Below are positions 1 through 14,219 of a stretch of DNA of 64,000 nucleotides, in pieces; position 1 is the stretch's first letter; the number at the start of each line of letters is the position of its first letter. Position numbers and translations under genes: made by a program. The notes under the pieces are model-generated. The model searched no databases. It saw only the letters and a list, made by a program, of their open reading frames with translations, and was not told where the DNA came from. Source of the DNA: Blasia pusilla (Eukaryota); NCBI GenBank assembly GCA_050084515.1, contig CM114271.1, positions 27,032,001 through 27,096,000 on the forward strand. The letters are read 5' to 3'.

Positions 1-3000
1 CCACAACACATAAGACGGGCGCTCAAAGGAGTAGGCACACGATAAATACCCTAAGTAGTAATGATCAAGTATCCCTATAGTTTGGATGTATTGGCTAAGT
101 TTGACCTTCAAAAGTCTTCATTGTACGAGGGGTTTAGGATGGCTCAAATAAAAACTTATGGTAATTTTTATGGTTGGACAAAAAAATGATTATAGTTGTT
201 ACAAAAAAACGTGTGGATTTTCGTCAATATTTTATCTTTATTTTTAATTAAAATTTCCATGATTCGAATGAAGAAGAAATCATCTTTCCATTGGCTATGG
301 AAAATTGATATAATTGTCATAGTCTACCTCCCTAGGTACCTCATTCACCAAGCATATGAGTGGCCATAACTTTCACATATTGAATTTGCTTTAGGTAAGT
401 TTTGAGTCAGCTTAACTAGTACGGTTGTATTTACATATGGTTGAACCTCCATGACATATGAATAAGAAACCTTAGAAGAAAGCACCTTGATATTCTTCCC
501 GAAGATTAATTTTCAATTGAGAGGTTAACGAAAGCAAGAATCATTCTCAATCACGACAAACCTTATATACCCCAAGAAACTCAACCTAATCACTTACTTG
601 CTTAATGACAATATGGTGTTTTCTTGTGATTTCTTCAATGGTAATCATTCTTATTTAAAATTTCTCTTAATTGAAATAGAACTATCCATTTTTATTTTTA
701 TTTTTATTTTTATGATTCACATACCAGTAAATCTTGCACATGAATTAAAGGGATTTAATTTAGCTTAAGGCTTATCCCTAAAAAATTTATCCTATTTATT
801 ATTTTGTTTAGTATTTATTTTTATTACCAAAATATAAATTCTTCATTTGATGATTGCTCAAAGCAACCCATGTGCTTGTTAAGATGTAAATAATATTTTG
901 AAATTTTTCATTATCCATTATAAAGGATGAGTCTTAGAAAATTTATCAAAAAGAAAAGAAAGTTTAATCCAATCATTGTGTAGGGTTTACTATGCAACCA
1001 TATCTATCATGGTCAAGTTAAAGGCAACCCTATTCCGCATCATGGATCGACTACTTGATACCTAAGATATACAATGTTGATATGGAGGTTACAAGGCCAT
1101 CGCCAAGCCTCATACCACTCAATCTGGCCACCCATGTGCAACTCACGGATGGCTTCAACTTGGGATCCTAGTAGAAAACTGCTAAATAAGCATAACTTGT
1201 GGAAAACGACTCTCATACTCACACACAACCATGGCGAACGAAATTTTTCAATGAGAGCATAAGTGGAGGTTGGTTCCCTTCTCAATTATATAGGGTATGT
1301 ACAAGAAACCCTGACCCTAATCTTAACCATAGTCTTAAGTTAGACTAATTGTGATTAACTAACCCTAGTTAAGATAATCATGCTTAACTCACTAACCAAG
1401 ATTAAGCTTCCCTACTTTGTGTGAGTACCAAATATAGCAATTGGGATGTCTGATGAGCTTGAATGTAACTCAATATTCAATAGGTTACCCTCCCCCACAA
1501 CCCAAAATAGAGCTCTTGATTTTCATGATCAAAGTGTCTCGACAGGCCAAAGCCATCCGATCAATAGAATCCCAAGGCGTACGCTTCTTGAGACCGCACC
1601 AATGATAAAACCATGAAGGGGCCCACTCAAGCATGTGGTGAAAAGAGCACAATTAGCCTTGGGGACGAGATCAAGTAACAAGGTGATATTATTGAGGGAA
1701 TGCTAGTGGACGCAAGTTTGATGCATGGGTTATTGATTTTTGGAGACTACTATTGCTTGTAGAGTTGTAAATACAATTTCTATTGTTATTTGGCCTTCTA
1801 TCAACACACTCAACTTTTTTTAATTACACAAAGTATTGTACATGCATGTGTTTCTACCTTTGAAATGCTCCAATAGATGTCGATGAGACTCCAATGGATT
1901 GAGTGTATCAAGGCAAGGACGTAATAGGAGGGATTTGAACAGAGACGTAGTGGACGTCCATGTGATGCCTAGGTTAATACTCGGAAATTTAAATTACCCA
2001 TCATCATCACTAACAAATTGATTACAAATTTGGCCCCGTGAATGATCGAGTAAAGTCAGGAATTTGATGGTAGGGTTAATTTTTGTACTATAAACACAAA
2101 TCATAACAGTCAGGAATTTTATGGTAGGGTTAATTTTTATGAATACACTCTTGAAAAGGAATTTTTTGAGAAATTTTCCACAAGACAAAAATATGATCTA
2201 AAAAATTCCCCTTTGAATATTTCCAGTGGTAGAATTATGATTTTAAAAACCTCCCTTATGAATATTTCCAAAAATAGAAATATGATCTTAAGAAAAAAAT
2301 TGGTTGGATCCTTCCTAGTTAATACTTTTGACAACAGAAATCTGATTTGATTCAAGTTGGAAACTGAGCAACCTTGGAAGAAAGTTGAGCATGGATGTTT
2401 TGGAACATCATAGGTGTGTATACACCTTCCACACACCTTCTACTTATCATCTTATGGAATTCGAAGATATTCCAAAACTTCCTAATCTACACCCCATGAC
2501 ACTCCCTCTGCAATATGGTTGAAGCTTAGACAAACTCGTGCAGTCGTCGCAACAACTCCTTGTATGGACCACTCCTCCATGGATGTCATCACTATGTAAG
2601 GAACTAGCCTCTCACAAGTCCTCTTCATCCTTAAATTGTTGGATCAGTAATACGTAGTGCAAATCATACAATTGCCTCTAAGCCTCAATATCTCCATGAT
2701 TCCCATCAGTATGAAAGGAAGTAGCCTCTCACGACTCCTCTTCATCCTTAAATCGCTCAATCAATAACATGTAGTGTGGGTCGTAAAATTGCCCTAGGCC
2801 TTAGTCTCTTTCCTGTGCCTAACATAGAGCTCATAATAATCATCCATCCACCTAAGGGCCTTGCAAACATCATAGAAAATGGTCATCTCACACGTATGTT
2901 CCCCCAATATGGGAAAATCCTACCCATCCAACTTCCAAGAAAAAAGATGGTTGTTCCACCCACTAGGAGAACAATCCCAGCCACTATGACAAGTAAGGTA

Positions 3001-4345
3001 AACCCATGATAAAGATATCCTTGATGTCAATTAGATTTTAAAATTTGAGTGATAGTTTCTAAGTTGATTTATTCCTTCTTTGTAAATATTTAATGAGGAT
3101 CACTCTCACTTTGAAAGACTCAAACCTCCGTCAACTTCTAGACATGAGATGTGTTGAAGGTATAGATTGAAATTACGAAATCTAAATTCGCACGAATGTG
3201 GAAATTTTCAAATATAAGTGGGGGTTTCAAAATAAACATATAGATGTGGAGGCCATCGGAATGTGGCAAAAAAGGGTCACCTCACAAATTTATTTTCACA
3301 TTTTCATCTTGTGGAAGGATTCGCGGGTTTCATGAACTAACGACATGCCATGGCACTTCGCACACATGCTAATGCAGATAGTTTGTTTGGTGTGTTGGGA
3401 TTTCATATAAAATTGTCTGCTATTCTAATACTTTCCTCCATTTTTTTTTTTAGTTTTAACTATGCAAACTATGGTTGGAAGTTCACCATGTTCGATTAGA
3501 TAATTAGTTATCTCTTAACCATTCTTGTTAGTTCTAGCTATGTTAATTGTGCTCATGGCATGTTGGCATGCCCCTGCTATGTTGCCTTGTCCATAGTGTG
3601 TTGGCTTATGCATGGTTTGATGGCCTGCTCTTGTTATGTTGACCCTTCCACCTTCCCTTCAACTAGCCCCTTATGGGAAACTATATATATCTCTCTCTTG
3701 TCTACTTCTTTTATCCACTTTTACTCCTGCCCTCTAAGGTAGTGTGTCTTGAGATAAGCTCCTTCGTACCTGAATCCTGCTGGTGCCTTTATCAACTAAA
3801 AAGGAATGTGTGTTGGTGTGGACAATGCTTCAAGACCTCTCTTCAGGTCTTGTGTATTCTAATAAGGTGTTGCTTTGCAAAGCCCCCAATTCTCAATAGA
3901 GGTTGCAGACTAGTTCTACAAACAATCCATTTCAGATTTGCTCTTTCAAATTTATAAGTGATTACCCTCATGTACATGGTTGACGGGAGATCCTGTCGGA
4001 ATCTACTGTCTTTTTGTGCTTTTAAAGTTTTAAAGTGAGATCTGATTTCAACATGGTGGAGAACAGACGAGGATTATAGTGACCAGAGATGGGCTGTGCT
4101 TTCCCAGCAAAGTCTGATGGTCTGTTCAGCAATTCAGAATTCCATTGGAAGGGCTTGCTGCAACGATTTTGCTTTCTAATGGGGTGACATGCAAGAATGA
4201 GTGAACTTTAATGCACGAGAAAACTCACAAACCCAAACTCTTCCTGAAACCTCTTGCAGAATTTTCACTCATCCTGAAACCTCTTGGAGAATTTTCAGTG
4301 TCTGGCAAAATTGAGCCACACTGTTTTGACATTGAGTTTATATAA

Positions 4346-7300
4346 TTACACAAAGCCCCTAGAAGCAATGGCAGCTTCAATCCTGTCAACAAGCTGCTCA
4401 ACTGAAAGGCTCCCAACCTCTCCCCCATGTCTTGTCCGCACCATTAATGTTTCAGTCTCTACTTCTTGAGGTCCCACTACTGCCATAACTGGAATCTTCT
4501 GTATCTCCGCATTCCGAATCAACTTTCCTAGTCTCTCTCCAGATACCATCTCTGCTCGGATGTCCTTCTCCTTTAGCATTGCCACAACCTTTTTGCAGTA
4601 GGGTACCTGATCATGTCATACCAACGAATTAGCATAGTAAAAAGCAAGGAAGAAAATCGATCAGGTCTCATGTAGAGCTAGTAGCCTTAACTAGATGAAC
4701 TACCCATCCTTCAAATCTCAGGAAAGTCTTAAACACACAATTTGCGAGTGATAGTAATAGGGTTTCATTAGTCATGAACACTTTCATGGATTTTGAAAAT
4801 ATGCATTTATATCCTAGCTAGATGTTGTACATTTCCACGGACGGCGAGTGAATATTAAAAGAGGCATGGCATGACATTAGGGGTCATTTAGACACCCCAC
4901 CATACGCCCTAATATCAATACTGCCTTCGCGACTACATAGCCAGTTAGCTCGTTCTAGAGGAGAGAAATAGCAAAGCCAAGAAAACAAGAGCTAAAAGAG
5001 ATGGCAGAAGGGCAAGAGAGTTGTGTTGAGTTAATTTTCTATAATTTTCTGGCCTGCACGAAGCCCACATGGAAAATCCCTTCTGTGTGGTGCTGAAAAC
5101 GCACCCACTAGGCACATTAAAGTCAGATTTCAAGCTTCAAGAGCCCGAACTCTCCATGAAGGGGACTTGTTTTCAATGAAGGACTTGCATTTTTCACAGC
5201 ATTCGCCAAGGAGCAAGCCAACCTTCACAAGGAAACTGACCATGATCTCTACCAAGTGCAGAGATCACCTATTCATTTCCTGGGTAGGGGGTACAGGCAC
5301 CAATTTCCTGGGAGTAGGTATTGATCTCGAGACTACCTCATTTGAGATTCTCATGCAAGCAGTTATACCAAACTGCCATTTACTGCTCCATGAATGAAAG
5401 AACTGATTTGGAACAGCAGGCGGCCATAGGACTTGAAACCATATAAGTGAATGCCGTCCGGTAGAAATAGCAAGCCCTTACCTCAGAATCTGTCACTGGA
5501 AGTAGGCGTGCCTGCATAGGAGCCAGCCATAAAGGAAAATCACCCGCATAATTTTCTACTAGGATCCCAAAGAATCGCTCGATAGAGCCTAGTATGGCCC
5601 GATGAATCATAATGGGCTGCTGTCTTGTTGTATTCATGTCAACATATGTCAGCTTGAACCTCTCCGGCAGGTTGAAATCCACCTGTGATTTCAAGCACGA
5701 CAGAAATGTTAATAATAGAATCAGAGAGCTGCCATGGAAATGGAGGAAAAATGAGGAGATGATCCGAATCAGGTAAAGATTGAGAGATGCTCAACGGATC
5801 CACAAACCGGCATCCTCCATTCAAACCCCTGCTTGAGATTCTGTGCAGAGATTCCTCAAAGAAGACGATTCCTCCTAATTCGTTATCGGCTACTTCAAGG
5901 TATAGATAACTTAAGGCTACTTCATTTGAACAATTCAGGGGAGTAGGTGATTTGGAAGGTTTTTCCCCCATACCTGAATTGTAGAACATTGCCATTTTCG
6001 TCCAATGGCATCCTCAATCTTCAAGTCAATTTTAGGGCCATAAAATGCACCACCTCCTTCATCTATGGAATAATCCCAACCTTTATCTTCCAGTGCTTCC
6101 CTTAAAGCAGTTGTAGCCTTCTCCCAAATTTCATCCGACCCTACGGCTTTCTCTGGCCTTGTTGAAAGGTTTACTTCATAACTTTTAAACCCAAACGTCG
6201 TAAGCACATCCTCTGTGAGATCCAAAACACCCCTGATCTCCTCTCTAATTTGATCTGGGAGACAGAATATATGTGCATCATCCTTCACAGAAGAAAATCA
6301 AAAGACTCGTTACTAAATTGAAAACAAGTCTGCCTGATTTGCACATACTTCATTCAGCTCCTTCAAGAGCAAAGTATTGTCTCAAATTGTAAAAATCCTG
6401 AGACTCTCATGACATGCTACACAAGGAGAAATCACATTTGCCCCTGGACTCTTCTTAAACCTTGACACATGGGTGGCCCAGGAAGTGAACGGAACTCAGG
6501 GTTACCATGAACTACACATGCTCCCTGAGAGTCACAAAGAGAATCTGGGACCACTGAGAAGGCAATGATGCTAGGGAATCAATCCATCAAACAGTGTCTA
6601 CTACGACAGTCAACTAGAGATTTGTAACAAGAATGGAGAGAACAATGGAAAGAAATAAGTGAGAGGACATAAGGGATAGATGGTATGAATGGAAGGCCTG
6701 CCAAATAGACCACAAGCTTGAGCATTGAGGTTCATACCCACAACTTTATGACAAAAGCTGACAGATGAATACAGCCGTTTTGGAATCTCTGACTTGACGG
6801 TCTTACTGGTAAGAGAAAACTATTACAGTATCTCATAGCAGCTTGAACAGAGTTAAGAGGGAGACTGTAATCACACCCTTGCACATGTTGACTCTGCCCT
6901 GGTTGGATGGTGCTTCTCATTGGGATGGATGCAGGAGGAAACGGTGAAGAATGCACTACAAGAGGAGAGGGACATTCTCATAGAATGTAATAGCGGTTGA
7001 AAGAGAGTGTTCATGGAGAGCTCCCAGCCAGGTATCAGCCCAGAAGTTCATTACTCTAAAAACTTCTTCCGCAGCTGTGGGTGATGGATATCGGCCTCTG
7101 TACTCAGGGAACATCTCCAATTTTTGAGGAGTGAGCTCTTTTTGCGATAATTTTGTATAATAAAAATGAATTGAAGGGTTTATTCATTGCCGGTTCACAC
7201 AACAAAATGATCTCAAAATTCATTGCCACATCTCCATACATTGTGTGGGGTTTTGACAGTTTCTCCGTCCTACTTACTTCGGGGGAAGAGAGAAAGACTG

Positions 7301-9768
7301 ACCTGTGTAAAACCCCTGACACGAAACAGTCCATGTAAGGCTCCAGACCTCTCAAAACGGTACACTGTTCCCAATTCAGCAACTCGGAATGGCAGTTCCC
7401 TGTATGATCGCAAAACATCTTTATATATCTGGATATGGCAAGGGCAGTTCATAGGTCTCAGTTGGTAAAGCTCATCCTCTACATCCATATGGTCGAACAT
7501 ATTCTCTTTATAGAAGTCATAGTGCCCACTTGTCTTCCAAAGGTCCAACTTTGCCACATGAGGAGTGTATAGTAGCTCATAACCACGCTTCAGATGAACC
7601 TTCTTCCAGTAATCCTCGATTATGTGCCTTACCATGGCACCTTTGGGATGCCAAAAGACTAAACCTCCTCCGGCGTCTTCCTGCACATCAGAGGAATTTA
7701 AGTATTCTTAGGATAATTTTCAAGAAATGAAGATGGGCACCCAACTACCAGGGTGGTTAGTATGTTATTAATGAGGAATGAGTGAAAAAGTACCCTAGTG
7801 TACCTGTAGAGAGAACAGACCAAGGTCTTGACCTAGTCGCCTATGGTCCCGTCGTTTGGCTTCTTCTTTCTGGACTTGGTAGGCCTTCAATTGCTCCTCT
7901 GTTTCCCATGCAGTTCCATATATTCTTTGCAACATCGGCTTCTTCTCATCACCCCTCCAGTAAGCTCCTGCAACAGTTTCAAGCTCGATTGCTCTTCTAG
8001 GCAGCTGGCCTGTTTTCTCCACATGTGGCCCAGCACAGAGATCCCACCATTCTTCACCTGTACGCACAACAAGTTTTCATGACAAAATTTTGATACCATA
8101 GAACAATTTTAAAGCTAACCATCTCCATAAGTTTGTTGATTGAGTAGACAAACTACCCAGTAGAACTAAACCAAAACTTCAGTAGAGACTGTCATCACTA
8201 AGTAGAGTCTGTCACAACCTTGCAACCATGGATCTCACAGCCTGCACTCTCTCATATCATTTCAGTGCTGATCAAAGAGAGTGCTGGTGCGGACCATTCA
8301 GGTGTCAACCTCGAAGGTCTTTATAATGCTATCTACTTTAGCTGATTGGGATCCCCAACACACGTTACTAACTGGCGCAGCAGCTTTGGGCAGGGAATAT
8401 AGACCACTGAAAGCGTGAACAGCTATGGTGATATCATAGGAGACAGACCAACCTATATGATATATAGTGATTGGCTCTGTTTTGATGCTGTCGAGAAGTT
8501 CCAGCTTGTAAGGTTCATTGATCTCCTTAATTCGTCTTGCTGCCTCATCCCTAGAAACTTCTTCTCTCCTCAAAGGAAGATTCCGACCAATTATGCGGTC
8601 CTGCAAGTTGACAGGAATTGTAAACCTTGATCCACAGTACCATCTAAAATCTTTACTGGATGCTTCAGAATGGAACTTTGCAGATGCACAAGAAGTCATA
8701 ATAAATTCTATAAACAACACAATAGGGTTGCAATTGGACAGAGGCAGGCACTCAACCCTGTTCCGAAACTTCTCAATGGGCCTGCTTGGAAAGAGATAGC
8801 ATAAATTCTTCTGCATTGTTGGACCCAATTGATGACACAATGTAAAGAGGAAATTTAGGGCTCACCATTTCCTTCTTGATTTTCTTTAGATCTTTGTCTG
8901 CCAAAGGCTCCTTCATGTCAAAGTCATAATAAAAACCTTTCTCGATCCAGGGACCAATCGTAACCTGCGCATCTGGATACAGCTTTTGAACTGCCATAGC
9001 CATCACATGAGCACTCTGCAGTGCAAGAGGTGGAAGCATCAGAAAATAATGGCTTCGTGAAGTGCATGACAGCATCTATGGTTGTAGTTGAGTTAGCATT
9101 TCATGACCTGTCTAAATAATAAGGTATATGACCCTGGAAGGAAAAATGTTAATCATTCAAGCTCCACCAAAGTACTTTCAAGTCGAAGGCTATCAATACT
9201 TTTGTTCTTTCTGATATTTGAAGCACAATTCATGGACCTGAACCAACTTGCTGTTGTGTCAAATGCCGTGAGGAGCCATTTGCACAGTATTCCCATGAGA
9301 TTACCCACATCCAGGTTTTGGACCAACAAGAGTGTTGATAGTAAGCAATTACGACACGGTAGTAAGTATAATTTCCACAACACTTACGGTATGTCGAATT
9401 CGTAGAAGTTTCTCAGAAGAATCATTGGTGGGTAGCACTACCAGCTTTTTCTCATCCTTTGCCTCTGGAATTTCTATCTCGGATTCCGTTTTGGGAAAAG
9501 TCTCCTGACCAGCTGCCAGCGACGCCACAGTCCTCACCCCAGTGGTTCTGCATTCTACAGAAAACTTACAAGGAACCCTCTCGGACAAGAAAAACCTCCT
9601 TCCTGATCGGAGGGATCGGTATCCAGAAGAGGAAAGGGGAGAAACCGCATGCGTCTGGCCATGTGCCTTTGCAGCAATTAATATTCTGGGGCCACAGGTA
9701 CGAGCTGAGCTCAAGGTTGACTGCCCCTGGGACTTCAAAGCCACCAGAATTCTCGGTTCCCATAACAC
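4346..9768 (-). CDS. thrS: Threonyl-tRNA synthetase, organellar (chloroplast/mitochondrial type), 8 coding exons, about 693 aa
   Basis: Exons 9388-9768, 8866-9015, 8453-8600, 7804-8057, 7303-7680, 5974-6282, 5482-5682 and 4346-4606 all have GT..AG introns and sum to 2082 nt in frame. Motifs: [103 protein letters not shown], and a C-terminal anticodon-binding domain. The Ser/Arg-rich N-terminus resembles a transit peptide. The start codon is less certain than the internal exons. Confidence 0.96.
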
Positions 9769-9911
9769 CTGACTGCATAAGCCACAACACCAAATTCAAA
9801 TCTCGATACTCAGCAACTCCGAACTCCTCAAAATCGTAACGTCGTCGTATCAAAACCCTGACTGCCAGCGACTTGGATTCCTCAGACAACAGGTTAAATT
9901 CAGTACGCTCA

Positions 9912-10381
9912 TCAGTCTCTGTGCAGGAATCCGGGAAGAAAACCTGGCTGAACTCAAACACCAATTCCACTAACAGTCCGCTTATTATCATTCTACTCCT
10001 TCCCACACGTTGCTGCGCCATCCTACTCTCTGCCACCAACGTAATCCCAACGTCTTGAATCACCATCCATCCATCTAATATGCTACAATATTAGGACGGA
10101 AATTGCAACACTATAAGGAGCTCTCTGGAAGACGACTCAGTCTCTGTGCAAGGATCCGCGCTGAACTCAACTACCTAGCTGAACTCAACTACCAATTCAA
10201 GTACCACTCAGTTTATCATCATGCTAGCTAGATAGTCCGTCCCACTCGTCGCCGTGCCATCCTACTCTCTGCTGGCATAGTAATCCCAAGGTCTTCAATC
10301 TCCATCAATACATTCATTCATTCGTATGCAATACTATTCAGACAAACAATTGCAACACTATTACAGCTCTCTGGCAAATGA
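9912..10381. repeat. Two degenerate tandem units of about 230 bp upstream of the ThrRS start codon
   Basis: TCAGTCTCTGTGCA...CCATCCTACTCTCTGC...AATTGCAACACTAT...GCTCTCTGG occurs at about 9912-10136 and 10137-10381. Inverted homologues lie at about 19420-19812. Confidence 0.8.
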
Positions 10382-10939
10382 ATTCCGAAAAAGCGCCATT
10401 CATGCCCTGAGCCACCGGCCTGCGAGGCATACGTTGCAGAGGCACCCGGGAAGGCACACAGTGTGTAATTTACGGGCCCAGAAAAGAAACTTGTGAACGA
10501 ATTGCGCAATCCTCACCTCATGTTTGTTTGCAAGAGGTGACGACGATCTTACCGGAAGCAAGCAGAGTACATGGCGAGGCAATTTCTGAAGAGGAAAAGG
10601 AGCTTTTCTCCTCCTCCTCCTCTTCGCGAGCGATCTGCACCTGGAGACCACTTATTTTGTCCTCACCGCCACTTTTTGCCACGGCACCTTCCGCTTCAGG
10701 TCGTCATCTTTACTGCGACTTTGCGCGTTATCAGATCGAATCTATTTTCCTTTCCTCTTCCCCTTTCGATTCACTTGAGCTTTCTTCCCCACCCATGCTA
10801 TGGACGGGATTCGTTAGTTCATTCCGCCACTCCTTGCGACAACATTATTCAATCTACTAGTTAGTAGATTGAATATATATAATGATCACAAATATTATAT
10901 ATTATATTAACGGGTAATTGTGGTCATGTTACATTGTTG

Positions 10940-12326
10940 CAAACATTATTTTCGGAATCATTCAAAGTTGCATTCTCTCACTTATTCTATTTTGAATTTT
11001 TATAAATGATATCGAAAAATGATTGGAGGAATGTGATAATGAAAATATCAAGTTTAGAGATTTTGTCATCAAAACTCTATTGTATGGAGATGATATCATA
11101 TTACTAGCACGTGATGGCATTCGTTTACAAAAACATCTCAACATTTTGGCAAGGTTTTGTACCCAGAATCATATGGAAATTAATATGGAGAAATCTAAAA
11201 TCATTATAGTGGGTAGTAGATCTAAGTTCTTGTTCTTTTACAAAAGTCTACAATTAGAACAAGTAAAGAGTTACAAATATTTAAGCATTGATTTCTCTTA
11301 TGACTATAGTTGGGCACTTTACGTGCAAAAGAGAGTAGAAGCTGGTTACAAAGCTCCATATTCATTTTTAAATTGGTGTAGAAGAGCTCATCTCGTGTCT
11401 TGAGGTCTAAGGAAGTTCTTATTTAGGAGCTTAGTGCTGTCGGTGGTCTTATATGGGACCCAAGTTTGGGGCCCTAGTTGTAAGAAGACAGGTTGGAAAC
11501 GAGTGGAGAGGGTGCAAAAGATATTTCTCCAAGAAGAATTGGGTGTAAGAAACGAGACTCCTTATGTTATTCTTCTTGCGGAAACAGGTTGTCTTCCTCT
11601 AGAGGCTGAAGCTCTTTACTTGACCATCACTTATATCGCAAGGGTGAGATCTCTTGATGTTTCTCGTCTCCCTCATCAAGCTTTGCGAGCCACACGTTCT
11701 ATAGGGTGGATGGCAGATGCGGTGACTTGGTCTTCAAAGTGGAATGTGGCGGAACGGGATTGGGACTTAAAATTGATGGCACTCCGCGAACATCTACAGA
11801 AGCAATTTCTCAACATCATTTTGAGCAATGCGGGCACAAAAATGGAGTTCTATCAACTTCATGTTAATCCTATGCTTGTATATTATGAACAAGGATACCT
11901 ACTTGCGGGGATCTCCACGTTCTTACGTCATACTATTGTACGACATCAAAGTGGGTCTCATACGCTAGGAATTGAAGAAGGACGATGGCTTAACATTGAA
12001 AGAAGTGAATGAATCTGTAAGTTATGTGACGGAGAGAGTATTGAGGATGAAAAGCATATGTTTGTTACATGTCCAAGGTATGAAGAGATTAGACTAGCTC
12101 ATAAAATAGATGTGGAGAATTTCTATTCTTTACTACAACTAGTGCCTTATGATTTAGGTTGTTATATTGGGGACGTCATTATTCATCGCTCAAGTGCTCT
12201 AGGCAGTAGCTAGGAGAAGGTCTTTAGGATCTTTTTCTAGGTTAGTGAATGAATGACTTGTAATGTGTTTTTCAACCTTTTAACCCTTTGGGTCCCACGG
12301 GCTTGATCTATTTACCATTTACCATT
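10940..12326 (+). mobile_element. 5'-truncated non-LTR retrotransposon (LINE; RTE/L2-like), degenerate
   Basis: ORFs 11023-11403 and 11434-12012 carry the RT motif LLYGDDIILL and YKYL.I. A C-terminal Zn knuckle (ICKLC...EDEKHMFVTC) follows 12012. There are in-frame stops. The 3' UTR ends in a short TTTACCA tandem tail near 12310-12326. Confidence 0.85.
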
Positions 12327-12327
12327 A

Positions 12328-12469
12328 CTAGTAAGTAAGCGTGGATGCACTATAAAGTATATTCATATATTTTTCTGTAGCATGTGAAGCATCTTCTTGG
12401 TATGAGTTGTCAGGTGGCAAACATAGAGGTGTTTGCAAATAAGAAAGCTCTCTCCTATAATAATATAGA
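12328..12469 (-). mobile_element. Short non-autonomous Helitron-like element
   Basis: The minus strand starts TCTATATTATT and ends GTGCATCCACGC...CTAG. It shares the TTTGCAAACAC core with copies near 12772, 16840, 18700, 41100 and 49180. Confidence 0.55.
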
Positions 12470-14024
12470 CTAAAAGAGGACGGGATTTGGAGAACCCCTC
12501 CTATGATGTCGAGGAGGGGTTCCCCAAATACATAGATTTTTAAAAACTTATACACGTTGATATCCGTACAAGGGTCCAAATATACGATTAATTAAGTGCT
12601 AAGTGTACCATTTTTTCAACAATGAATCTAGAAGACATGTTCCCTTCACTAGTTAGTGTATAATTGGTGGAGGGAAAAATTAATCATATTGCGCATAAAT
12701 TCAAAAAAAAATTATGCGCGTAGCACGTGAAACATTCTTTTGCTGCTCAATCGTCACGTCCACTAGAAGATTGTTTGCAAATGAAGGAGGTACTCTCCCA
12801 TAATATAGATTAAATCTATCGGCTAGCATGCAAATGACTTATTTAATAATTTAGAGATATTTTTCATTTCAAAATATGAAGATAATTTTCACTTTATTAA
12901 GAAATCATAATTAAATTTTTTATTAGATTTATTTTTAAATTGAAATATTACCCAACTTCCCTAAATAATTTCACTCTTCTATAAAAATTTGATCAATATA
13001 TACCTTTCCACTCTTCCCAAAAAAAATAACATCCACTAACTAAATTCTTAGTTAATTTCCAATAATGAAATAATTTTCATTTTCCATTCAAATTCATTTT
13101 CCTTTCTCAAACTATCAAATTTGAATAAAAATAATTCTTTTTACTATATTTTCTCCTTTAAAAATTTAAATTTAAATTTTATTTTCATAAATCTTAGAAG
13201 AATTATAACATTCCACTCTTCTAAATTATTCCACTCCTCAAAATTACAATTTAAATGATACCTCACTCCTCTAAATAATTGCACCCTTCCATAAATTTCA
13301 TACAATATGTACTCCTTCTTCATTTAAATTCATTTTCCCTTCCGATCAAGTATGAATTAAGGGAAAAAAATTGTAAAATTATTGCTTTGTTTTCTAGTTA
13401 TCCCATTTTGTCTTATTTTCATATATGATCCACTATTATGAAATCAATAATTCATTAATAAAATTATTTTCCTCTTCCACTCAAATTCATCTTTTCTACC
13501 CACCTTACGTTCATCAAGGGACAAAACTCAAACATGTTGTTATTTTGTCTTACTATCCCACCATTTTATCGTATTGTGTATGTAGATTCGCCCATTACAA
13601 TATAGATATTATTATTTTGAAAGTGCCTCTCGTTTTGCCTTGGCATTTTTAGCCAATAGAAGCATTCAAAACTAATTTAATATGAATTTTGAAAGTTCAT
13701 TGAGGGTGGAAATTTAAACTTGTGCATCGCATGGGTTTACTCTAGATCCAAATACTATTATTGGAAACTTCATTTTGCAAACTCCTCTCCTCTTGATACT
13801 TGGCACCCCCAACCATTATGACCGCTCAAAATCGTCTTATAAAGTTAATTATATTTTGGGAGGTAATTAAAACCCGTGCATGCATTGGCTTACACAAGTT
13901 GTCTTTGAAATTATTGGTGAGGTTAGATATAGGGATTTCTTCGAAAAAAAGACTTTTGATGCTCGGATGTGGTATTGGTGTTCCTCAATTTTATGAGTTC
14001 CTACTCCTTTTAAGTAACTCTATA

Positions 14025-14219
14025 TCTATACTATTAACAAAAGAAAAAGTTAGAGAATCCCTCATCCGTGTGTTACACCTATCTTTTTGGGTTCTATGGT
14101 TGAGATGTGTCAATTTAATTGAGAAACTTAAAGTAAGGGGTAGTTAAGTTAAGAGGAGAAAAGACAAGTGAGGAAAGAATTTTTTTCATTACCCGTGTAG
14201 AGCACCGGCAACACACTAG
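14025..14219 (+). mobile_element. Short non-autonomous Helitron-like element
   Basis: 5' end A|TCTATACTATT, imperfect subterminal hairpin CCGTGTAGAGCACCGG and 3' end CTAG|T, i.e. canonical Helitron termini in an AT target. Confidence 0.7.

Noticed and set aside
1-3500. AT-rich region with short ORFs
   Set aside because: Probably decayed TE sequence, but I could not recognise diagnostic motifs or termini.
4346-9768. Bacterial contamination or recent HGT of thrS
   Set aside because: Seven spliceosomal introns and a transit-peptide-like extension mark it as the normal nuclear-encoded organellar enzyme.
10528-10864. Paralogous short ORFs (10571-10864 plus strand and 18961-19275 minus strand) as a new gene family
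   Set aside because: The similarity is explained by the inverted DNA duplication. Both overlapping frames are open and low complexity, and they diverge by frameshift. There is no independent coding evidence.
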